Positions 50,540 to 62,145 of a stretch of 64,000 nucleotides of DNA are shown here, one piece after another. The notes under the pieces are model-generated. The model saw only the letters and a program-made list of their open reading frames with translations, was not told the DNA's origin and made no database searches. The first letter of the stretch is position 1, and each line of letters begins with the position of its first letter. Both the position numbers and the translations under genes were made by a program. The DNA is taken from NCBI GenBank assembly GCA_051530055.1, contig CM121341.1, forward strand, positions 6,612,784 through 6,676,783, written 5' to 3'. This DNA is from Neoechinorhynchus agilis (lineage: Eukaryota > Animalia > Acanthocephala).

Positions 50540-51612
50540 ATCCTTAATTGAACAAGAAATTAGGAAAATTGTACATTTTAGAACACATGTCGATGCTCTG
50601 TTTGAAAGCGACTTCTTTTGTTTTAAAATAATTAAATAAAGTCTATTAAATTTGCAAAAAAATGCGATTATTTTTGTTATTTGTGTTTATTTTTCATTGC
50701 CCAAATTATTGCAGAGAACCTATCCCAACTTGGAATTTCGTTGTTTTTTCTCTCTATAAATATGGCTCGTTGAAATTTCCGATTAATTTGCTGCGACGAT
50801 CGATGGTCATTTTATTGTATTTCAGCAACCTTGATTTAATTTTCAAAAAATTGTATGTGAATACCACATAAATCCAGGAGTCACCGAATCGACTGTGAGC
50901 ACTTACAGCAAAATGCTAAAAAATTCGAATACTGACCAGGTCACGGTTATAGGAAACTGAGTACTCGTGCTTTTGTGTACATAGGAGATTGATTTTGCTA
51001 AGAATATAGCCAACATCACTGCAAAATAAGAGTGAGGATATTCTGCAAGAAAATTCCCTTTGAATCTTACTAAGTAGTATAAAGGACCTGCCAATAAGTC
51101 CTGCCCCTGACAAGATATTGATGACTTAGTTCGTGTGCGGCCACTCTTTCAAAAGCTCTTATTTCAATTTCCTTGTTTTCTTCATTGATTGATCTTTGAG
51201 TACAGACCTGAGATTAAGGAGGTGAGGTCGTCAATTTTTTAACTGAAACGGAACTTGAGCTTCTCCACAATCTCCAATTGACAAATATGATCGATTGTAG
51301 GTGGGAAACACCATTCCACACGGGTGCCAACCAATCCGTTCAACATCCGTTTTAAATGCCCTGAAAGGTATGGCAATCTCACAAATGATGGTAAGATTCC
51401 TACCAAAGTCCATTGTTCGGATAATTCGGAAGGTATAAGCGGGCGTCCAGATTTCGGAGCATACATTTAGGTAGCTCACATAGGCCAAAATGTTGAATGA
51501 TGAGAAAAATTAGCAGCGGTAACATTGAAAGTTTCGGTGCATGAATAACTGTCCTAACTTTGTACAAGCCCAGCCCCTCGACACTGTGAAATTACATTTT
51601 ATGCATTTTAGT

Positions 51613-52065
51613 TTAAAAAGTCCACACATGCACAATAATCAGAACTTTTTCCCGTTGAAACTTGTAAACTAGACATTGATCGCCGTCTTCGGTTTCACAA
51701 AGTTGAGAATTTAGAAATTCTAATCGTAGAAGAATAGAATGTCTAAGTTAAGTGTTCTCTAAATACGAACTAATGTCGCCTATAGTCAACCTTACGTTCA
51801 CAAAGTATTTTCTACCTTGAAGAGACTCCTTCATTTCGTCCACAATCCCACGACCTATTTTCTCTGCAATTCTATTGGCTGAATGTTCACCGACAAAGTC
51901 ACGAAGGTCCATTTCTTTATACATATCATTGGTTATTAATTCAAGATTTTCATTCAAGACACGACGAACAATCTCAACCAATCTTGGAGGATTCTGCACA
52001 CGAAATAAGCTTCCTAGTTCCGATTTGGATTCAACAAAATTTTGGGCTTTCAAAACTTTCTTCAT
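51613..52065 (-). CDS. Tctex-1 family dynein light chain
   Basis: VEIVRRVLNENL, IVDEMKESLQGRKYFVNVRLTIGDI; second exon SQLCETEDGDQCLVYKFQREKVLIIVHVWTF. Confidence 0.7.
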
Positions 52066-52120
52066 TCTGACGAAGGACGACTATTAGCGGTAAAATAATT
52101 CAGACGGACCAATGTTGTTA

Positions 52121-52134
52121 GTATCCATGGAGAC
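52121..52134. promoter_or_regulatory. RFX X-box 56 bp upstream of the Tctex1 start
   Basis: GTATCCATGGAGAC is a full consensus match and lies next to a gene family known to include RFX targets. Confidence 0.65.
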
Positions 52135-52561
52135 TTGCTTGTACCCATCTGATAAAATCTGGTTTTAATTAGGAAAGCCTGTAATTATTAAGAATTTAAT
52201 ACTCAAGAAAAAAATCCTTCGGGTGATAGAGTTGGAGATGTGGTGATCGTTGAATAAAAAATATTTTATTGAACAGAGAAATTAAGCAGAGAGGAAGTAG
52301 TTTTATATTGAATGAATCAAGTATGCGGGCGGATTTTTTCCAAAAACCGGCGGAACTCTAAAGTCCATTTGTGCGAAATAAAATTTTAAATGTCTAAAGA
52401 TCGTTAAGATCACCTTCTTTTAGTACTACTCCAGCTTTCGAATATGAATCGCTTTAGACACAGAAATCCAATCTTGGCACGTCTGGGGTATAGATAAGGT
52501 TATCTTTATGTACGAAGAACAAAAATCAGCATATCGTAAAGAATCAGTCCTTCTGGCGAAG

Positions 52562-52860
52562 AACCACATCAAAAACTGCCGCAAAATATCGGACGGCGTA
52601 ATTAAACTTTTATTCGGTAAAATAGATTTAGCTTAGAGTTGCCGTATTAATCAAAACCAATCGAAATTACCGACTGATTAGTGTTGTGATCGTCGTAAAT
52701 CGGGACGAGAAACCACATCAAAAACTGCCGCAAAATATCGGACGGCGTAATTAAACTTTTATTCGGTGAAATAGATTTTGCTTAGAGTTGCCGTATTAAT
52801 CAAAACCAATTGAAAATACGGACTGATTAGTGTTGTGATCGTCGTAAATCGGAACGAGAA
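52562..52860. repeat. Two near-identical ~150-bp tandem copies
   Basis: aaccacatcaaaaactgccgcaaaatatcggacggcg...gtcgtaaatcgg.acgaga is repeated head to tail. Confidence 0.9.
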
Positions 52861-53623
52861 ACTTTATCGAGAAACCAATGCGTTTAAAGTAGGTCGTAAA
52901 TCAGGCAAGCAACGTGGAAATCCGAGTTTTGTAACTTAATATTTTTTAAATTGACATTTGAGCAACGATAAAGCTACAAAGCTCCACGTTCAGAACTAGC
53001 CTAAATTCATTTCTATTCAAATGGCGTATGACTGATGCTTACTTTTTAGAAGACATTCTGACGGTGCGTTTGCTTTTAAGCAGAGACTTGTTGCTCGTGA
53101 AGCAATTGCTGAAAAGTCACAGAAGATGATGATGAACCCACGGTCACACAAAGTGGATCTGCCAGCTTTATGTGTGATACTATAAAATATCCGCTCTTTT
53201 TTAACCTTACTGTTTTTGCATTGGATTCTCATTCTTCTACTTAGAACATGTCTCAAACTAAGATAATCTTTTGAACGTTTTTTAGAGACCGAGCACAGCG
53301 AAAAAAAATATGCCAGCGAAATGCCACATAATAACTAACCGGGTTTATTAGTTTACTTTGATTTCTTAACTATCCGCAAACTATTAACTCTAGTTAATTT
53401 CGAAACAGTTAGAAGTAATTATAATTTTTGACATTAGTACGAACGTAAACTTCAACATGGATTTAATAGTCGAATAAGTCAACATTGAACAAATTGAAAC
53501 GCCTCTGTCGTCCACGTTCCATACAACTCGTGACATTCCCTTTTACGAGGTTGTATTCATCTCGTTAGACGTTAACGAGCATTTCGAACCCTTTTATTTT
53601 CTTACTTTCAAATTTTTGTCAAA

Positions 53624-55425
53624 ATGGGTTCAGATGTGAATGTACTGACCTTCCGCATTAAACGATTAAGACCCTTTAAAATCTTTGACAAATACTATTT
53701 GTTTGTATTTAAATATTATAGATTTTGTGTGTTGGATGGAGACTCAAGTGGATCCTTTAACTGCTCAAATCCTTCTCATGTCGTACTATCCAATTGGTTC
53801 ATACATTATTCGACCATCTTCATCTGGGCATGAGAAAACTATTTCAATTTTGCGAGACCGCAAGGAAGTAGTTAACGTCCGTCTGTCTACTGATAAGCCA
53901 GAAGATGAACTGCTAAGGACAGCACAGGATCTTCTGGGTGACGAGCATCGTGTAAATCGCGTAGAACTTCTTCATGCATTACCTTTGTATATTCACGTGA
54001 ACCACAGTAATGATCTACTACGCAGATGCAAACCAAGTTCATTTTTAGTCCGAGCTCCCACTCAATCCTCACAGTGTGGTCTTGTTCTTTGTGTCAGCAG
54101 TTCGGAGACGAAAAATCAAATTCACAGATTTCGACTTTTGCATTGTTATGGGAACGGGAAGTGTAAGGGTTGGTCATTGCAGTCCGCAGACCCTACGACG
54201 CCAAAGTTCCAAGCAATTGATGATCTCATTGCTTATTATCAGAAAGTTTCAGTAGCTTCTACAAGCGGCGAGGTTTGTTGTTTAAAGGAACCGGTCAATC
54301 GAACATGGGTGTCAAAGTTATTGCTTCAACGAAGGATCAAAGAAATTGAAAGGCATGCTATGACAATCAATTCAGTCGATTATGCCTACTATGAGCTTGA
54401 ATTTGAGGTTGGTGTTTATCTTGTCCTAAAATTGGTTATTTATCCAAAGCCTCCTTGTACTGTAGTAAATTGCTTTAAATCCAATCAAAATGCAGGAAAT
54501 AGGTACCACTTTAATTTTTTACAAGGATCGCAATAATGTATTGTTTGTGTCAAGATACACACGGATCGGCATTTAAAATCACTTATTCGTTTCATTTCTA
54601 TTTCATGTTTTTCGTTCACATATAGAATCTTGAACTCTGTGCAGATCGCCATTGTATCTCGGAAACAATAGGCCACAGACATCCCGAGCTTAACCGATGC
54701 CGACTCTTGGTACCCTTTGATTTCAACATTGTTAGATGTGAGTCATACATTAACGCGAGTAATATGTAAGGAATGAGTATTTGATTGGTGCTTTAAATTG
54801 CCACGTTTAGAGAATTAAAAGATAAACGGGTGATTTTAGCACAAGCCCCGATTCCCTCGACCGTAAAGCGATTTCTTCGTATGGTTCATGATGAGAACGT
54901 TCGGATGATCATTTGCCTAATAAAAGTAAATGACAATCTCGTCAGATTTTCTATGTTTGTCAAATACTTTTAATAACAGAAAGTCGATCGCATAACCGCA
55001 TTCTAACCGAGCCTTATTGGTCGGACGACTTGGTGCAGTCCCACGAAATCGTCTTGCCCGAGCACGGTGATATTGTGATGAGGAAACTGATTTTGAACGG
55101 TCGTGATGTGATCCTTTATCAGATCACGTCGTGGCAGCAACATTCAATACCGAATAACGATGAGTCCGTTAGATTTTTGTTGAATAAGTTCACCGAACAC
55201 CTTAGAGACAATGAAGAACTCAAACCTGTACTTGTTCATAGCAGTTTCGGAGTGGGAAGAGCAGGTACTTTTCTTGTACTTGCCAAAATGATACTTGAAG
55301 CAGAGCGTGAATATGTAAGCATTTTTGAAACTGTTCTTGATTTGAGAATGCAACGGCGTTTCTTGGTGGATAATGCCAAACAGTACCTTTACGTACTTAA
55401 GTATGCGAATCGGTATATAAAATAA
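53624..55425 (+). CDS. Tandem-SH2 protein tyrosine phosphatase (SHP2/corkscrew-like architecture), predicted catalytically inactive
   Basis: SH2 motifs GSYIIRPS and SSFLVRAP...FQAIDDLIAYY; PTP motifs NRCRLLVPFD, YINAS, ILAQAP, PVLVHSSFGVGRAGTF and QRRFLVDNAKQY. Confidence 0.85.
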
Positions 55426-56026
55426 GTGATTTGTTAGAGTAACTGATATCTATGATTGATATGAAACATACAAATGAAAAGGAACTAAGTGTTCTTGGTC
55501 ACCGGTGCTTTTTGTTATCGAATACAATATGGAAGTTTTATAAGAAAAATAGTAGTACAAATAGAACGCATGCTAAAATTTTCGAAATTTCCACTTGCTG
55601 GGAAAAAAAGTAGGTCATCCAGATATATTTATAGAATCGGCAATTCATTGCAGCTTCGAGCATTTAGGGAATTCGAGAGGTTCACCGGTAAGTAGCCGTG
55701 ATTATCTTAGAAGCAAAATTAGACAGCGGAGGTTTTTCTTTGGTCGAATGTTTTCAAAAACTTTATTCCGACTAAAGCTGTCAAATGGTGTTGAGAAAAT
55801 TTTAAACCGGCTATAAAATAAAATGGCTGAGAAGGTAAAGTCCATAGCAAAAGCGTAGAGAATCAAAACAAAGAAAATATTGCTGTTTTTTTGTGAGTTC
55901 TTCAAATCAAATTGACAAAAGAAGATGAGCATCAAGTGTTTTATAAAATGATCTGATTCGGTTCTTTGTTTGATATTAAACTTGCAGAGAGGGATTAATT
56001 TATTGAGATAAAATTTCCAAGTTACT

Positions 56027-56966
56027 TTAAAAGTGATTAACTTTATTCGCTTTGTCATCTTTCCTCAACCATTTAGCTCCTGGTCCAAATTTCCGATTGT
56101 AGCAAACTGAAGATAATTTGATTCAAGATCAAAAAAGTGAGATGTTTTTACCTTTGCAGAAAACTTCACCTCTATTGTTATCGCAGCAATTGACAGAAGT
56201 TAGGGAGGATCTGCATAAGGCGCATGAGAAACACGTTTTGTGAAATACCCAAAGGTGGAAGTTCAGAGAGAGAAAACGAATAAAGCTGTTCATTATACCT
56301 TTCCTGCAGCATTGACCTTTTCAGCGAGATAAACCATCTTTGAGCACCTTGCACATTTGTCCCCCATAACCAATGCGGCTAATCCGATTGCTGTATTAGT
56401 AAGTCGGGTGTATTGATCGGATGTCCCGTCCTTATTTCTACGCATACAGACACCATTACCGATAGATTTGTAAAGATTGTGCTTTGAAAGAGACGAAATT
56501 GAGTCCGTTGAGCTGTATCATAAACGAAATAGCTATTTTTCGATGAAAAGAGACAATTTAACATACTTGGACAATGTCAAGAGATGCTCGGCCTTTTTCT
56601 GCTGAAGGAACACTTTACCATGAAGACCGAACTGTTTTTGATAGCAATTTTTGCAGTATAAAGAATTATTATGTTCACTAATGGAACGTGAATCAAGTAG
56701 TCGTCCACAAATAGCTTCACAAAAAGATAGGAGATAATTTTGCATTCGGTCTTGCATCCCAAATGACAATTACCACATTTTAAGCATAATTTATGATAAC
56801 GCTTTCCGGCAGCGGATACAGTTTCTGCTGCATAGGCTGCTTTATTGCATTTGGCACAAGTTGGAGTCTCAGGTTGCTGGACTGTTGATCGTTTTGGGTA
56901 GAAAAGTGATTTGCTGGTACTGGAAGAGCTATGTGTAGCCATGATTGATCGTTGAGTGCTGAACAT
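56027..56966 (-). CDS. CSRP: CRP/CSRP (muscle LIM protein)-type two-LIM-domain protein
   Basis: CAKCNKAAYAAETVSAAGKRYHKLCLKC|AICGRLLDS...YCKNCYQKQFG and DKCARCSKMVYLAEKVNAAGK|VFHKTCFSCALC...FCK|VCYNRKFGP. Confidence 0.85.
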
Positions 56967-59559
56967 CCGTTTCCGTTTAAAGGTTAAATGGTGACAGGGT
57001 AAGAAGGACTGAACGTTGAGTAGTCTAGAGATAGATGCTTAAGACGCAAACGTGCCTTGTATTGAACAAAGAAGCATTGTGAAAGTGTAGCCCTCACTTC
57101 TTGAAAAGCACGTAAAAATCTCGGTTGGGAAAGTAAATAAAAGGGTAAAAGTAGAACGTCTATAGAAACGGCTTGTTTGCTCTAAAGAAATCATATTTTA
57201 TTGACGGGTCCTTGGTTGAAAGGCCATTGAATAAACAGTTAAGTCGAACGGTCCAGTGATCTAATATAAACTAATAATGAAATGCCGAGATAGGAATAAA
57301 CAAAGCAAAACTAATTTAAACGTAGATCCCTACTAAGTTGGTTAAAGGGACTTTGAATACAATCTTCCAATGTGTTTTTCATCGGTGACTGATTCTTTGA
57401 CTTGATTATGGAACATGATCACATGAGAAAAAAATTAAAATCCTTGAAATGCTAATCCATGCGAAATTATTGTTGACAATTTTCACTTTTCCCTTCCCTC
57501 CATAAAGTGGAGCATTTAAAAGTCATCTACTTTTGTATATAAAGGTTGGAATAAAACGGACAAGGGTGTCAGATCATCTTGTGCAATGTTTAGTTGATTA
57601 TAGAAAATTGGCACTCTAACGCAATTTTCAAATGACCTTTAAAAAGTCATTTTTTCTAACTGGCATTAAAAGTTTTGTTATTTTCCCATTTCCATCGACC
57701 TCAAGCACTGCATCAAGTTTAGAACAAGTAATGTCTAAGGAAACGACGCTCGAAACTTCAATGGTGTTAGACGTAAAGGTACTGTGGTGCTCTAATTAAG
57801 GCAAATTGCTGAACATTAAACTCTTCATTTAAAGTGATTGAATTCTAATCGCCTTTTGTGCAATAATAAGATTGCAAGAAGCCGATAAATCTGAGATTGG
57901 GCGCCAAAGCGCTATGTAGCGTAAAGCATGAAAATATTTCGGTGATCTTTTATTTCGAGTGTCTTAAATGCATTTCCGGCGAAGAGGAACTGCATCTTTT
58001 CTGACATTATCTATTCTCGAGATAAAAAGCACTTCAATTGCGGCGGAATACCACTGGAATGCGTAGTCCAACCGACATGAGAGCCATAGTCGTCATTACG
58101 AATTCCATAAATTCCCGAAAATATTCTTACACTTGTGTTGTACCTTATAGACTTACTTCTAAACTAGGGACTTTGTCCAGACTTGAGTTCAGGTTAATGC
58201 GATTCATGTCTGATGAATTTCTGGTGAATATTTGCCACCGTCCACCATTTACACACTAGCAAAATCGTGGGCGATTATGGCGGTGATTGACGATGAACAT
58301 AACGTCCAATGTGAGTTAGTGCGTCGTGTGAACGTTTTATTGAACAATATTGCAATTCGAGCGTATTGATCGTACTGCAGCAGGGTCATTTTCGAATTTT
58401 ATATCAAGAATCGTCAAGTTTTGGCATAGAGTTCTTGTGAGTTCTGTTTTTCTTGTAATTGGCATAGTAGTTATTTTTCGGTTATGCTGTTGATGTGATT
58501 AATATTTGATATGCTCCTTAGCTTCGCAATAGCAAGAAATGATTCATGGATTTCTCTAATAAAATTAATTGGTTGTGGTTTGTAGTTAAAATCTCTTGCG
58601 GCATTACTAAGGATATTAGAAAATTCGTGCCTTAAAAATAATGATGTACAACAATACAATGAACTTTTATAATTTCGGTGAACATAATCCTTGTAAGTTT
58701 ATAAATATTCCAGTTGATCTTATAATATTTAAAAATTTGCGATCAATGACTGATAAGGCTAGGTTACCTCTTTCGAAATATTTCCAATAAATCAAATAGG
58801 TTATGACCGGGAGTATGTTCACAAAAATTATAAACTTTGACTTACCCGAAGGATTTTTTGTTGATAATGAACTTTTAGTCGCCAACTGTAGTAATAGCCA
58901 CAAATTTGTACAGGAAGCAAATGTTATTTCGAACGGAAATGAATTTTAGCACATTATTGTTTAAAGTGCAACGATTTGATTGGTCTAAATTACAATCTCA
59001 TTTTCTGGTTTTACACTTCCTAGAAAGTGTAAGTTCGAGAAGATTAGAATTAGTACAGAGATCTATCATTTTTGATTCAATTATAGCTTTAAGCGGAACA
59101 CTTATTTTAAAGTACTTGATTTAAGCTTCTAGAGCTTCAAAGTTTCTTAAGCTCTCACTTATTTTGATTTTGAAACGAAAGGGTCTCATGATCTACATCA
59201 ACACCGCCAATATGCAAAAGATGAAATCATATTTAATACCGGAACTAAGTTTAGGTGTCATAATTTATTATGGAAAACTGCATTTGCCAACTGGCCATGC
59301 TTTTCGGATTCAATCTTATTAAATAAGATTTGCACTTGTTTGAAGAGTTTCATTGTTAAGTTATAGTCACGGTCACAAAAGTCGTCGAACAAATCACATT
59401 GGCAGCCGATTCATTTCAGTGTTATAGATGCAAAATTGAAGAAATTTTGGTTAGATCCAATTGTTTTCGGCAAGGCATGTATTTTATCAGATCTTAAATC
59501 GTAAACTTTTGAAGAAATTTTGATAAATGCTTACAAGATTTTTTCATTTATCTCAAATC

Positions 59560-59770
59560 ACATACATTCATGGCATCACTGCATATCGTTTGGGAGCCTC
59601 TCGGCTAACTCAAGCACTCCGGACGCGCTCAGTCGCACTCGAAAGTACAGGGCTAACCCTCTTAGGGGCCAATGGGCGATCTCAAAACCTGATTCCTACC
59701 CTTACCGCAGCCTCGCAACCCCCATGGACTTGAACGAGCGATCCGAAAACAATCGGGTCTAACAAAAATT
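59560..59770 (-). mobile_element. Possible decayed CRE-clade RT fragment
   Basis: GC-rich island; the minus strand reads LDPIVFGSLVQVHGGCEAAVRVGIRF*, resembling the CRE RT motif QLGVG..GGCEAAVH; the match is short. Confidence 0.35.
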
Positions 59771-60593
59771 CCTTAAACATCAGAATAATTAAATCTTCAA
59801 ACATTTCAGTTTTAATAGATTGTGACTAAAAATATGCAGATCACGTTGTCAAGAAGATGTGTGTGTATTCCGACAATCTGTGAATCAAATATGTACAAAT
59901 CGAATCAATATCCTGCCTCAAGAACTATGAAAGTGATTTATTTTCGACATCTCTCATTTATTAAACGAGTATTTTATATGGAACTCCGGTGAGACACGCA
60001 TAAATTCCATTAAGCAACAGTGTGAGGCTTTGAAAGTCAAATCGAGTTATGCGCTCTTCAGCACGGTATTTTTTAAATTGAAACATAATTCTTTTTAAAA
60101 CGGACAATACCACTGCGGTACTATACAGAACAAGATAGTTTAATTATCGAGTACAATCTTTCGAGAATAGTCGGCAATTTTCTTGAAACTATCGTCTTAG
60201 TCTAAATTCGATAATGGCAAGATTTAATTCCAAATCGTATTTAAAAATCAACAGTGAACGAGTAAGGGACTAAAATGTCCATAAAATTTTTCGAAAGCAT
60301 TGAATACTAACGAATCATCTGTTAAAAAGGTTTCGCTAAAGATTGGGCGTAGCATAATTATATGTTTCTGTCCATTATAGAGTTTCTGTGGTTCGTTATT
60401 TTTAGATAAGTGATCAAGAATTTCTTTGGTTGAAGATGGGAAATGGAGGAATGGCGACAATGCGTTTTGCGGCACAAATCAATTGCTCGCCGTACCAACA
60501 TCGTTCACCGTCCTAGATAATTATTTTGGCGATTGTGAGCAGACTTTATTGAGCATAATCCATAGTTTAAAAACGATTGACGAGTACTCATTA

Positions 60594-61007
60594 TCAGTGC
60601 TCGTGAAATGACGCTCGAGATATGTCGACATAGTTAAGACATTGCTCTCGTTTCCTTTCTATTGATCGGTGATTTTGAAACCAAGTAGAGATCGTAGCAT
60701 AACTTAGTCCGGTAGCATTCGCGATTTCTTGTCTTTGGAGTCTCGAAGGTTTTGGATTTGATTTGTAAATAGACATCAAATAAATTCTTTGCATGGCATC
60801 GAAATTAGTCCTTTTCCTTCGGCTCGAACTGCGGTGTACAACAATAGGTAACTGATTCCTTTGGTAATTACTTTCTCTGGTGTCAACATTCCTTGTGCAA
60901 CTATTCAAAAGCGTTCTAGGCGGAGGAATTGCCGAATTGAAGGCATCGGTGAGGATCTTTTCCACTATTTCTAAATATTCCGTTGATTTCCCTATATAAC
61001 ACACCAT
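60594..61007 (-). CDS. Divergent homeobox protein (Q50, PRD-class-like)
   Basis: RRKRTNFDAMQRIYLMSIYKSNPKPSRLQRQEIANATGLSYATISTWFQNHRSIERKR. Confidence 0.85.
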   Translation of the reverse strand: MVCYIGKSTEYLEIVEKILTDAFNSAIPPPRTLLNSCTRNVDTRESNYQRNQLPIVVHRSSSRRKRTNFDAMQRIYLMSIYKSNPKPSRLQRQEIANATGLSYATISTWFQNHRSIERKREQCLNYVDISRASFHEH

Positions 61008-62145
61008 GGAATTATATTTTTTTAAACGTGGTTCATACCATCTTCGTGATTGATGCGATCCATGAATTATATAGTTCAGAAATGGAAAAATTGCAGCATA
61101 CGTTTAGATTTTGACGAAATAAGTGTCAAATTAACCATTGAACTAGCACTGATTTCGAGTGAAATACGATGTTTTTCAAATAAAAAAACGGTGTTAAGCA
61201 TCGGTCTCGATCAACATTTGCCTAATCGAAGAATCCTACACATTTTTACTAGATATTTTGTGTGAATCAAATCGATGTGTTTCCTTTAAACGGGTTTTTA
61301 AGATTTCCGGCCACAAAAACCCATTTATCTTCTTCTATTATCCTTGTTCATAAAGGAGAAATTCAAAAAAGCTTTTTTGATTTTTGGCAAATGTGAAATA
61401 GTCGACGAATACAGTCATACGGGAAGTAACTGTAGTGAACTTTGAAATGTTCGTGAAGGAGTTTTTAAATGGCGGCGGCAATAGGAAACACACCCATTCA
61501 GGTACATGAGTCTTTTCACATGACATGGAACAAAAGGAATACTTGTCACGTGGATTCTATATTCCGTATGTGCCAGCACTATGAAGCCTTTTTTGGTTGT
61601 CAATCATACCAATTTTAAGCTCCTTGTGCCACGAAAGCTTAATATAATGGCAGAAATGATTAATTTGCAACCTTGATCAAAAGGCTTTCAAGATTTTGGC
61701 TCCCTAAACAATCGAATTTAACCAAAATTCCTCTAAATTTTTCAAAGTAATAGACATACATGACGAACTGTTGGTAATTGGTAACTATTAGAGAAGCATT
61801 GCCCCCAAAAATCAGATCTCAATTATTCGAACTGATCGACTGAATGCGCTTCGGTGTCGGTAAATTAAGCTAGAAAAGACCCTTTTTTGTCCTTCTCAAG
61901 AATGACCGATCGAACTTGGCAGAGTCAGCGAAATTGCCTCCAGCATTAGTAATGTTTCAGCCACTATTCGAATGATATTGTGAAAAATCACAATCAAAGA
62001 AGTGCAGTTTGGAGAGGTGAAATTCGCTGCTTGGTGTATTTAAACTAAAAAATAATAATTAGAGCTTGTGTTCTCGTAGTTCTGTTATCAAGCAGACCTC
62101 ATTCATCTTTACCTTAGATAAATCACATCCTAATCAACCGTTATA

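Noticed and set aside
59560-59770. Telomerase RNA or U2-like snRNA
   Set aside because: There is only an 8-nt template-like match and no GUAGUA branch-recognition sequence, pseudoknot or H/ACA support; kept only as a low-interest ambiguity.
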